From contig NC_043006.1 in NCBI RefSeq assembly GCF_006345805.1, positions 105,152,001-105,216,000 of the forward strand: DNA of 64,000 nt, written 5' to 3'. The translations under genes and the position numbers were made by a program. The notes below the pieces were generated by a model. The model was given only the letters and a program-made list of their open reading frames with translations, had not been told where the DNA came from and did no database searches. Below are positions 13,861-26,664 of this stretch, one piece after another. Source of the DNA: Octopus sinensis. Taxonomy: Eukaryota. Position 1 is the stretch's first letter; each line of letters starts with the position of its first letter.

Positions 13861-14950
13861 CCTTCTTTTAATGCACTTCAAGATTAGAAAAATGTTTTGG
13901 TATTTCCCGTCAGTCAAGTCACTGTAAGGAACATTTTCAGCTATCATATACAATCCATTTGTGCTTACATGTCAAAATGTACACAAAGAATAGTTTATAT
14001 TTGTTGAGCCAAAAAGGCTCAGAGCATTCTCGCCCAGGAAAATATTATAAAACTTTTTGTTTAGCTTGTGTCGCAACTAAATAATTCTCACTGAATTTCA
14101 TATTGTCTAATACTCAGTAACCAGGCCTTCTGAAAACTTTGTATTTGTTTTATGGGCGGTGGGAGCGCTTCAGCAATATCCTTCTATTTGTTACCGGGCA
14201 CAAGGTCGTTTTTAAGACTCTGGTCTTTACAAAATGCTTGTAACCAATGTTGTATGATATGGTCATTGACGGTCACCTGACTAAATGCTTCGTTGATTTT
14301 TAATGCAATTATTACTGCTTTATCTTATACTTTGAACTCATTCGATAAAAATCAGTCGAATCAAAGTTTTCTTGTTTAAACTTGACAGCCTTAAATGAAA
14401 CAAAGAATACAAGGAAAAGATCTTTGGGTGGTTATTATGCCAACAACACACAGGCACTCGTTTCATTTCACATCTTATTAGTGTTAGTTTACTAGTAAGT
14501 CATTTGATCAATTCAGTGCTCGAATAATCAGCTTGACTCATCAGATTCCTTTCGCAGGGATTCACAATTTCATGAATCGCATCCTCTCTCTAATCCAACC
14601 AACTTCAACATACGATTTCAGATCAAGAATCTTAACTTCCAATTCAAATATAAAATCTATATTATTACCATAAATAAATAACAAAATTTGCGCTTGAATT
14701 TGGAATAAATTATGAAAAGATAAATAAATTTATTCTACAATAAGTATTAAAAAATTTAATATAAACCCTCAGTTAGTTCTGAACAAACCTAGTATACATA
14801 CATATATTCATACATACATACATGCTTGCATAAGTACATACATACAGACAGACAGATAGACAGACAGCTTTGGAAAAGAAGTACAGTCTTGTAGAATTAT
14901 TCTTTTGACGATATGGTTTAAATAATATTGATATTATGTCATATTTTCGT

Positions 14951-16021
14951 AGGCGGTGACCGACAGTAACGTTAGCACACCGGGCAAAATACCCGGATGC
15001 ATTTAGTCCACTTTTAGGTTCTGAGTTCAAAATTCGCGGAGGTCAGAATTTGCTTTCCATCTTTACGGGACGATAGAATAAGTACCCGTTGATCATTGGG
15101 GTTAATGTAAGCGAGTTACTCCTTCCCCCGAAATTGCTGGCCTTGTACTAAAATTTGAGATCGATATTTTGACGCGACTACCTCCCCAGAACCAGCATTC
15201 CTACACTCTTCATCAGTATTATGGTAATGAAGTAACATATTATTCAAAATCCGCCGAGGTCGACTTGGCCGTTCATCCTTCCGGTGTCGATAGATTAAGT
15301 ACCAGTTGCATACTGGGGTCGAGCTAATCGACTGGCCCCCTCCCCAAAAATTTCGGGCCCTGTGCCTAGAATAGAAAAGAAAGAACTAACATATCTCTTT
15401 CTCGACGGTTTTATACGAGAAAAATTTTCGAATATCACTTTTATTTCTTACTATTAGCAATCGGATAGAAACGTTAGAAAAAATGCTTAGTGGCGATTCT
15501 TCCGACTTTACTTTTTGAGCTCAAGTTTCACCGAGGCTACCTTTAATTTTCATCCTTTCGGTGTCGATCAAATAAGTATCAATAAGGCACTTGAGTCGAT
15601 ATAATCGATTAGTCCCCACACCAGAAATTCCAGACATTATTTCTATAATAAACATGATTATTTGTAAAATGGAATATATACTTCGAGGATATGTTATAAC
15701 CTTAACAAACGTCTAACACCAGATTATGTAACTCGTGACATATCGCTTACATTAAAATGAAGTTGATAGATATAGGCATTTAAAATGTAATATATTTGCT
15801 AGATTTAAGGCGGTGAGCTGGCAGAATTTTTAGCACACCTGGTAAGATACTTAACGATATTTCGCCCGTTTTCATATTCTAGGTTCAAATACTTCCCGGG
15901 GTCGACTTTGCTTTTCTTTATGTGGAGATCGATAAAATAAGTACCAGTTGAGCACAGGAGTCATTTTAATCGTCTTACCCCTTACCTGAACTCGCTAGCC
16001 TTGTGCCAAAATTCGAAACCA
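14951..16021 (+). repeat. Cluster of about four type B SINE copies (alternative tail ...CCTTGTGCCAAAATTTGAAACC)
   Basis: Copies at about 14951-15160, 15245-15380, 15465-15650 and 15808-16021. Confidence 0.8.
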
Positions 16022-16205
16022 ACATAATTGTTAGATTTTGATATCAAATTAATTGCATTTCCTTTTCCTCTTTAATTAATGTTCATGATTCACTGGGCAA
16101 AAGAAAATAAATTGTACAACATCAACATGTAATTTCTGTGAAACACCATGAAATTTAAAGTTTTGGAAACAATCACAGGTAGGCAAACAGCTATATTATA
16201 ATATC

Positions 16206-16437
16206 TGTTTCTTTATTACTCACAAGGGGCTAAACACAGAGGGGACAAACAAGGACAGACAAACGTATTAAGTCGATCACATTGACCTCATTGCGTAAGT
16301 GGTACTTAATTTATCGACCTCGAAAGGATGAAAGGCAAAATCGACCTCGGCGGAATTTGAACTCAGAATGTAGCAACGGGCGAAATACCGCAAAGCACTT
16401 CCCCCGGCGTGCTAATGTCTCTGCCAGCTCGCCTCAC
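16206..16437 (-). mobile_element. tRNA-derived SINE type B (Meta-domain-like centre) with Tx1-like tail and 22-bp target site duplication
   Basis: Head GAGCTGGCAGA..GTTAGCACGCC..GAGTTCAAATTCC, centre GCCTTTCATCCTTTCGAGGTCGATAAATTAAGTACC. TSD CAAACAGCTATATTATAATATC at 16184-16205 and 16440-16461. Confidence 0.9.
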
Positions 16438-17321
16438 CTCAAACAGCTATATTATAATATCGAAGGATTAAGTGGCAATCTTGTATTAGAGGCTATCTGA
16501 TGACTCCCTAGTAAATTTACTTAACATTAAATAAACCAACAATTTTAAATTGTGTTACGGTATGATAGAAAATTTTCCGTTCTTTACTATATGGATATTG
16601 AATCATTGATACATTTTTTTTTTTGTTAGCTTCTAGCATTAAGTGATAATATGATCATGGACGTGCTGAGATCAGCAGTAATCCTAATCAATCCGAAATT
16701 TTATGAAACGATTCGTAAATATATTATCTCTAATGTTAACCTGCCAACCCAAATCCGTTAGGTAACATCATGAATTTGGAAATATCAGCAGAGTGATTGG
16801 TGAAGGAACTAAAGACCGTTAATGTATGTTAAAGAGAGAAATAAGTTAAAGGATATTGGTAAGATAGGAAATGCTGAGAAAGAACTTTTATTATGAAAAG
16901 AATCTTTATTATAAAGAACAAGCGGTGCTGATCTTCCTTTTCATTTCTCGATAGAAATTTCCCCGAACTATTGTCGGGAAATAACTGAATTGATTAAATT
17001 CTTTTAGAAAAACGTAAATTAGGTCTAAAACACGCGAAATACTGAGATCATTCAAATTTGAATACAACAGTTGCATTAAAACTGAAAACTAAGTGCATGA
17101 CCCAACATAATAATGTTTAGAGCCGAAGCAGTACATCTGTTATCTATGTGTATGTATGTATGTATGCATGTATGTATGTATGTATGCATATGTATACATA
17201 CAAACATACATACATACATAAATACATATATATATATATATGTGTGCGTGTGTACATATATTTTTTCTTTAATGATTCAGCTCAGAGCTGCGGCCATGCT
17301 GATGCACCGCCGTTATATATA

Positions 17322-17416
<95 letters not shown>

Positions 17417-17649
17417 GAATAGCGTTGTAGTTCATTTGAAGCATTGTAGCAGATAAGTAATAGATGAATAGAATGAGAAATAATGAAAGCTTGAAACAAT
17501 GCAGAAAATTTCTAAAAACCTTTATATTTCGAGCGCAAAAGTTTAAAAACAATTGGGTATTGTTTGATATCCTTCTTTCTTATTTCGTTTACTCCGTTCA
17601 TATATATATATATGTGTGGGGGGTATATGTGTGTGTAGGGGGGTATGTA

Positions 17650-17721
<72 letters not shown>

Positions 17722-17785
17722 TATATGTATATGAATGTATATATATATATACATATATATATATCTGTGTATGTGTGTGTGTATG

Positions 17786-18178
17786 TTTTACTTATCTCAG
17801 TCACTTGACAGTGGCCATGCTGGAACACCTCATTTTGGTCGAAGAAATCGACTCCTGGAATTATTCTTTCTGAGCCTGGTGCTTATTCACACGGCCTCTT
17901 ATACCGAACAGCTAAGTTACAGAGACGTAGACACACCAACATCGGTGGCCAAGCGATCGTGGGAGAGGACAATCACAGACATAAACACACAAACATAAAT
18001 ATATACATATATATATGACGGGCTTCTTTCAGTTTCCGTCTACCAAATCCACTCACAAGGCTTTGGTTAGCCTCGGGCAATAATAGAAGACACTTGCCCA
18101 AGATGCCACGCAGCGGGACTGAACCCAGAACCATGTGGTTGGGAAGCAAGCATTTTACCACACAGCCACGCCTGCGTC
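17786..18178 (-). mobile_element. SINE type A, full copy
   Basis: Reverse complement of the type A head and tail. Confidence 0.85.
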
Positions 18179-18668
18179 TATTTATATATATCTACATATA
18201 TATGTGTATGTATGTATGAGGCCTTTCGCGATTGCTTTAAAGCTAGGAATTGTGCAACAACCCCATGTATAGACTCATAAAGCGCAGTGTGATTGACGCC
18301 TTAACCAAGTTTGCTCCGTAAGCACTATGCATTTGAGTTTGTATATTGTAAGAAAACCTGGGGAATAGAAATTGTAAAGATGACCGTAAAATTCTTTGTA
18401 GCTGTAACACAAAATGTGCAGCTTGTCACACACCGTGTGATGATGGATCTGCCTGAGAATTGCATTAAGAGTATTTGTGTCCATGGATTGCTCCGATTGT
18501 TACCTATTAATACATAAACAGGGTATTTAGGCGATTGAACAAGTGTAACCTCATGATGGAATGAGGAAGGCCATCCGCGCCTCTCTTTTCTCTCTCTCTC
18601 TCTCTATCTATCTTTCTCTGTATATACATCTGTATTTGCAGGTGTATAAACGTATGCTTGTAATGTAG

Positions 18669-18724
<56 letters not shown>

Positions 18725-18935
18725 CTATAGTTTTGCACACTCACACACAAACGAACATTCATATATATACCTTTGCGTTCATAAACACGTATTAGTATTT
18801 TTACACACACACACACATACATGTATATGAATATACAATATATATGATATATATAATTTAAAGTAATAGATATACAGATAAATATACGCACACGCGTGCA
18901 TACACTAAACACACCTGCATATATACGTATACACG

Positions 18936-18970
<35 letters not shown>

Positions 18971-19727
18971 TTATATATATATATTTATGCAGGTATGTAT
19001 ACAGAAGTATACATACATAGATACTGATGAAGATATAGATTTAAATTCATGCTTGCCTGAAAGCCTATATATATATATATATATATATATACTTATATAT
19101 GTAGATATATATACACATGCATACATATATATATATGTATATATTTATGTATATGTATTATGTATATAATGTGTCATTGTTGGTCCATTGAATGAATATT
19201 ATTACTACTTGCTCTCCTTGCTCTTATATACAACGACATTTTTAAAGTTTTGACGTCAATGCATTAAATAACGAAGATGTTAAAACATTGAGACATTTCT
19301 ATTATTGCTTCAAGTAATGAAATCGTGTTGACGTCATTGCTATTCCTTCTTCAGAAACAGATAGTCAATATTCTGAAAGACATGGATATATTCTTGTAGC
19401 GTCCATTATCATCAGAACGAAAGAAAGAAAGAAAAAAAGAAAAAAAAGCTAAACGACATGTAACATTGTTAGTAATTTGAAAAGGTCATATAATATTAAA
19501 CATTGCAATCGACACACAGACAGACTGACATGCAGAGACACAGAGAGATTGATAGAGAGACACACAGGTAGACGGAACGTTGGTCTGAGCGTCTATGGCA
19601 TCATTCTCGATACCGTATTCATATGACATATATTTATCGACATGCGTGTACATTGCGCATATGCGTGTGCCGGCAGTATGAATATATGCAGACACATATA
19701 CATTAATATACATACATATATACATAC

Positions 19728-19760
<33 letters not shown>

Positions 19761-19773
19761 ATATATAATATAT

Positions 19774-19804
<31 letters not shown>

Positions 19805-19821
19805 TATATATATATATATAT

Positions 19822-19855
<34 letters not shown>

Positions 19856-20042
19856 ATGTATTTATATTATATATATATATGTATGTATGTATTTATATTC
19901 TTAGATGTATAGAAATATCCTTCAGCCCTACTGGATTCCAATAACGACTATATCGATATTGGTATATGAAAGCATTAATACAAGTAATTAGCTCGTAACT
20001 ATATACACATATTCTGATATACACCTATGTATATATCCTCAT

Positions 20043-20097
<55 letters not shown>

Positions 20098-21272
20098 GTG
20101 TGTGTGTGTGTATGTATGTATGTATATATATATATGTATGTACGTATGTATATGTGTGTATTATACTATATATTATATATTATATAAATAAGCATATGTA
20201 TCTATATATATACCTATACACGCACACACACACACACATATATATATATGTATGATGTATGTGTGTATGTATGCATTATACTTATAGTTGTATCTGCTGG
20301 AGTGTATTGGGGTGGATATGAATAGGAGCTACATACATGCGTGTCTCTGTGAGCGTACACGAATACCTATATTTGCAATTATGCATCAGCGTATATATAT
20401 GTGTGTGTGTGTGTGTGCGTACATGCGTGTGTTGTGTGTGTGTGAGAGAGTGTGTGTGTGTTTATGTGTGTGTGTTTACGTGTGTGTGTGTGTGAGTGTG
20501 TGTGTGTGTGTGCGTGTGTGCGTGCGTGTGATCGAGTGTCTTCAGCGTTATATTAGATGCCTTCTGTAGAATCTTCGTTTCTCTGCTCCCTTTTTTGCAA
20601 CTTCTATTGTAATGAGTAAATGAAAAATGCGAACTCCTCGTATTAATTTCCTGGATCTTGCATTAATAATATTGCTTCCTTTTAACGTATGACTTATATT
20701 TTTTATTCTTGTATTTTCTTGTTATTTTTGCTATTTATCAAAGTAATATTCGCTTTCATAGTAAGTCGTCAGTATTTCGTTGATTCAGTTACGATAGCTT
20801 CATGCATACCTTAACAACATTATATTTTACATATTTTCTATGTATCAACTTGTTTCACTCTATATCTATGTGTATTAATATGCTTCTGTTTCACTAAGGA
20901 GAAAAATGACACACACACTCATACACACACACACACACGCACACACACGCACACTCACACACACGCAAAACATTCTCCAACAAAATCATATCTATACATT
21001 AAGACACTAATATATTTGAACATATATATCCTTGTGTATGTATGTATGTATGTATACGTGCATGCATGTATGTATATAGGAATACATATATACATATATA
21101 TATATATATGTGTGTGTGTGTATATATGTGTGGGTGTGACGCGCCCGCCCGCGTGTGTACATACATATATTTATATGTATTGATAAATATATATGTATAT
21201 GAACATATACATATATGCATATATATATATAAATATATACATAAATGCATATATATAAATAGATGCATATAC

Positions 21273-21312
<40 letters not shown>

Positions 21313-22719
21313 TTATACAGGTAAATACAGACACACAATATTTCTATATGTGTAAGCGAGTGTATATATCACAGTGTACTTGTGCACGGGTGATTTTATA
21401 GTAATAGTTATTTATATCGCATCACCGTCATAGAAGTCTTTCGCGATGGCGAATATTATGGACCTCAGTTAATCCAATACCCTAGTGGACCATTGTGAGG
21501 CGCAAGTTAAAATTCCGTTAACTCTGCTTACTCTATATCTATATGACCTCTCCATCGACCACAGCACTGAAGCTGTCCCACTCTTCAGTCAGTAATAATC
21601 TCATGCTACGTCATATTATTCAATAATAACCTGCATCCTTCATTTCCGACATTTGAGGTGTACGATATTTGTTTTATTACTGACAACACCTACTTTTCAA
21701 ACTGACTGAAACCCGCTTATTAACATCTAATTTTAACTATATTCCTTTAACCTCACGTACCGAAACAGCTAATTTTCTCTCAAAACTTCAATTGTGCATT
21801 TTTGTACTCAATGGCAGCTGTTAGTTATGTGTTCTACATTTAACTGAACAATTGATATCTGTTTTGAACACTATTGTTACGTAAATATGACGAAAGTAAT
21901 TCCGTTTTTCTTTTTATCGTCTATTTGTCAAGAATGACGATTTTAGCTTATGGTACTCCATGAGTCTTCGGAAGCTAGTAGGATTGAGGGAGAAAGGTAT
22001 TTTTAAATCGGATACCTCACCTGAATATTACAATGGAGTAGATTCTGCTACAGAAACTCAAGTTGCAATGGTGATCGGTTTAAACCAGCTGGTGATTAAA
22101 TCTACCATCAACATGGGCCACGATGGGATGTGAAGACAAATTGTAGCGAATGAAAAGAGATGCAAAAAAAGCATCGAGCGTGACCTTATTGCACTTCTAC
22201 CCGTTCACACTCCTTAGTTGGTACATATTTACCGAGCCCAAAAAGGAGAAAGGCAAAGTAACATAATTACAGTTATAAACAGAAACGAATGTATTGTATA
22301 ACTATTAAAATTAATCAATGATAAAAGCGCACTTCCAAAGGTTCAAGATGACAGCCCAATCTGTTTTGAAATATAAACTTGTTCGACATACTTTACTCTC
22401 CCACAAGAGTTCAGAACTTTGCCCAGACTGTGTGTATGCAAATATGTGTGTTTGTATATGTGTTTGTGTGTGCATGTGTGTATATTTATGTATTATATTT
22501 ATGTATGTGTATGTACGTATGTATCTGTGTGTGTATGAATGTGTGTATACACACACACACACATACACACAAGCTATTTCAGGTATTAACCCTGAAATTC
22601 GCTCTAATAAGTTAATCCACAGTTTCAGGCTGTCAGACAAGATAGTATTCCGGTAACTGTTTGTTTTATCAAGCGTGACTGAAAATTAAAAAATATCCGT
22701 TGTGTATTTACAATTATAA

Positions 22720-23540
22720 CTAGGAAGGATGCCGTGAAGAAGTCTTTCTATAACATGAATTTATAATTGTTTCATGTGCAATACAGTCTGATGTCTTTAA
22801 TCCCATTAATTTCACAGTGTTTCCATTACAAGGAACACAAATAAATTCCTCTCGTTCAGAGATTCCTGTCTGCAATATGGTGTAGCGTACTGACATATTT
22901 CAGGAATTGTCACTAAACTGGCCAAAGAAATTTGATATTAGAATATTGTTTTCTTATAGAAACACTGCCACCGTGTCTGCTATATTCTTCATTGCCTGAA
23001 AAAAACAGATGGGGATAAATCTGAGAAATCGTTCCACTGGTTGATTTCCCCAAATGTACCGGGTAGCAGTAAATGTCAATTGATCAACATGCAAGATACC
23101 CGAAGAGGAATCGACGTTAATTGAATGATAAATTGACTGTTTGATTTCTTCCAAAATTGCACAAAATACCTGCTGACTAATTGTTTCAATAAATTCTTCA
23201 CAAATGTTTACCGATGCACGTGACTGATCGATTTCTTTCATGAATTTCCCTACAAAATTAAATGTTCTGCCGAAATAGGTGCAAATCCATCCTACAGAGT
23301 AGCGCTCGAATGACAAAAACTGTTCGCCTTTATTTATTTATCTATTTGCTTTGAGGAGTTAGTCGTTTACTTCTCACGAAATGCCAGAACTCTGGAGCAA
23401 AGAAAATAGATGAGAGAGACAACAATAGTTCGTTGCGGTTGATGTTACTCATTCCAAAATTCCTGAAAGTCAGTTAAACTTTTCTCTTCATTCTGCATTT
23501 CTTCTTCTTTGTTGGACTCCACTGGCACAAACACAAATCA
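22720..23540 (-). pseudogene. hAT-superfamily transposase remnant (ZMYM1-like type)
   Basis: ICEEFIE...EIKQSIYHSINVDSS...HVDQLTF...PVERFLRFIPI, continuing to GQFSDNS*NMS...VPC. This corresponds to the D-S/T-D..DQL...ERF...GQ.YDNA..M hAT signature. Confidence 0.75.
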
Positions 23541-24011
23541 TTTCTTCTAAAATATCACAACAAAATAATTAATTTACAAAAATCATTATTTTAAAAGCTG
23601 AAATCATTTTAATACGACGGGCACAATTTTAATGAAACAATATGATATAAAATTATCAAATCAAATGCCCTTTTAGGCTTTCGAAATATTTTAAAATTTT
23701 GTAATGTGAAGTAATTCAGATTTCAAAATTTTCTTTCACAGTGTTTTATTAATATGAGCTTAGCGAGGCTAGAATTCTTTTGCGTATTTCATGTTCACTG
23801 TTTACTGTATATCCTCAAGTTCAGCAGTATTGTATATTTATGTATGTATTATAAAACAGATAAATTATGAGCAACATTTCTCTGAACACATTTCACCTGT
23901 TTGCTCAGAATTGTCTCAGAGTTCATTCAAATGTGAACAAACCTAGGAAACTTACATTAGGACAGTCACTTTGGCTTGCAAGATTCTTTATATGAGTTCG
24001 TGTGTTGAAGC

Positions 24012-24210
24012 ATATTATTTTGTGTCTGGTGAGAGTCATTTTCTTTTCGTGCCTTATAATGTAACACACGAGTCAAGACTATTGAAAAGGTTGCAAGACG
24101 CAACGAAAATTTTAGGAAAATAAAAATAAGGAATAAAATTTTACCGGTGAGCGTGTTACATTACAGGGCACAAAGAGAAAATGACTCTCCCCTGACACAA
24201 CAGAATAATC
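24012..24210. repeat. Imperfect inverted repeat with arms of about 55-60 bp
   Basis: ATTATTTTGTGTCTGGTGAGAGTCATTTTC..TAATGTAACAC versus GTGTTACATTAC..AAAATGACTCTCCCCTGACACAACAGAATAAT. Confidence 0.75.
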
Positions 24211-25105
24211 ATGAACAGTTGTTGAAAATAATGAACCAAACCATAGAAAAATACAGTTACAAATCCAAATTAATAATCGCAAAAACCAATGTAGATATTA
24301 AAAGCAAATAACCCACATATAAAAGGTATATGAGTTTATTATCGAAACCTACATACAGCAACAGAAAACGCATTGCAACCAATCATAAACAAAATACTGA
24401 TAACACATTACAAAAGAAAAACAGTTTAAAGTGCTTTTGCATGCTGCCTACAAATACTCAAGCATATTGATAATCAGCAATAAGAGTCAGGTACAAAATT
24501 GATATTAGATTGCAAACGTAAAGGTTATATAGTTGATGACATTCAATGTTACGTTACCAGCCATCACACAGTTTTGCCCGCGTACGATGTACAAATAACT
24601 ATTAAAAGAAAGAAAAAGATAAAACGAGATGGGAATTAGTAAATAATACATATAACCTGTTAAGAATTCGCTCATAATATAAGCGATTGATGATGGACGT
24701 AATATTAATAAAGTAATCTAATACAAAAGCCAATACACTGTACACGAACAAAAAACAACAAGAGCAATAATTGCATTGGTGAACAGAAGTGGAGAATTTA
24801 GTTGGGTGCTTAAGCTAACATAGTTGCTAAACCTCATTCTGGTCATTCCCCACTATTTTCAGAAACGTTTGTATATAAACGATATATACGTACATATATA
24901 CGACGGGCTTCTTACAAGTTCCGTCTGCCAAATTCACAAAAAAAAGAAGACAAAAGACAGACAGGTGATGTAGACAACAAACATATGTATTAGTTTAACG
25001 CTCGGGAACTGAAAAAAATCTTTAACGTTTCGAGCCTACGATCTTCCACAGAAAGGAACACAGAAAGAAATAAGGACAGAAAATAAAGAATGTGTAGTTG
25101 CTAGC

Positions 25106-25179
<74 letters not shown>

Positions 25180-25191
25180 GTGTGTGTGTGT

Positions 25192-25234
<43 letters not shown>

Positions 25235-25316
25235 TGTGTGTGCGTATTTATATATATATACATATATATGTGTGTGTATATATGTATATAAATAGAGGTA
25301 TATATGTATATAAATG

Positions 25317-25348
<32 letters not shown>

Positions 25349-25364
25349 TATAATATATATATAT

Positions 25365-25467
<103 letters not shown>

Positions 25468-25472
25468 CTATA

Positions 25473-25557
25473 AGGCGGGGAGCTGGCAGAAACGTTAGCA
25501 CGCCGGGCGAAAGGCTTAACGGTATTTCGTCTGTCTTTATGTTCTGAGTTCAAATTC
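25473..25557 (+). mobile_element. SINE type B head fragment
   Basis: GGCGGGAGCTGGCAGAAACGTTAGCACGCC...GAGTTCAAATTC, then abruptly joined to unrelated sequence. Confidence 0.8.
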
Positions 25558-26458
25558 ATGCTCAACTAGTTAAGGTCACACAACCGACAAGCAACCTGTG
25601 GTATTGAACAGAATACTTGTTGTAGCCTATCTTTTTTATCAAGACAAAATGATATACATGATAAAACATAGAATCAGTTAAGATCAAAAGCCACGAGAAC
25701 CACTGCCTGGTACAGCATCAGGGCATTTATTATCGTCGTCATCATCATCATCATAATCATCATCAACAACCACATCATCCTTGGTGTTGTTTTCGTTTTT
25801 CTTATTTATCCAACCCAAAGTATATTTAACGATGTAGATTTATAATAAAATTCGTTCCAGCTGTGAATATTTATCTCAGACTGTCTTTAGCTAATGTCGC
25901 CTTTACTTTGAGCTAAATATAATTACCTTTTCTAAATTATCGAGGGACAACTTAAAGGTTCCCGATTTGGCTCGTCTTTGTAAGCATTTTGTCGCTTTGC
26001 AGGAATACTGAGATATATTTCAAAACAAAAAAAAATGATTTAGTTAAGTAAATATAGTACTTCACAGGTGATCAATTTGGATATTTTACGAGTGTCGACA
26101 GTACGTGACTATTTTAGTAAAGATGAAACGAAATAAAATCAGTTTGCTAACAAACAATATACCATCATGTGACAGCGTATGCAATGACTGGTTACCATAG
26201 TTACCGCCAACTGAAAATATAAAGAAAGAAGTGTCATGAAACATTATCAGTTGACAAAATTAGAGAATGGTTTTACGTATTTAAATGAAACTGTTTAAAC
26301 AGAAAATGGCGTCGTATTTACACCGATTCAAAACTGATCACTTACTTCATGTTATGGTCCTATATTCTTGTAATGGTTAAGGATAACATAGATATATATA
26401 TATGGAAAAAGAAGTCCGGGTATAAAATGCTAAATTAATTGTATAAAAAAAAACATTT

Positions 26459-26494
26459 CAGTACCGGTTTCAGTCATTGAGACTTTTTCAACTG
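26459..26494 (-). ncRNA. Minimal type I hammerhead ribozyme, U3-A8 core variant
   Basis: CAG-TTGAAAA-AGTC(TCAAT)GACT-GAAA-CCGG-TA-CTG. Confidence 0.65.
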
Positions 26495-26547
26495 TGAGTA
26501 TGGATAATAATTAGATTTTGGAAAATAGTATTCAAATACAAGCGGCA

Positions 26548-26664
26548 AGAAGAAGAAGAAGAAGAAGAAGAAGAAGAAGAAGAAGAAGAAGAAGAAGAAG
26601 AAGAAGAAGAAGAAGAAGAAGAAGAAGAGGAGAAGAAGAAATAGAAAAAGAAAAAGAAGAAGAA
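26548..26664. repeat. (GAA)n array
   Basis: Direct reading of the sequence. Confidence 0.98.

Noticed and set aside
25558-25735. Segment that may be the 5' end of the Dong-like family
   Set aside because: Based on recollection of a common repeat only. There is no second copy in the window to support it.
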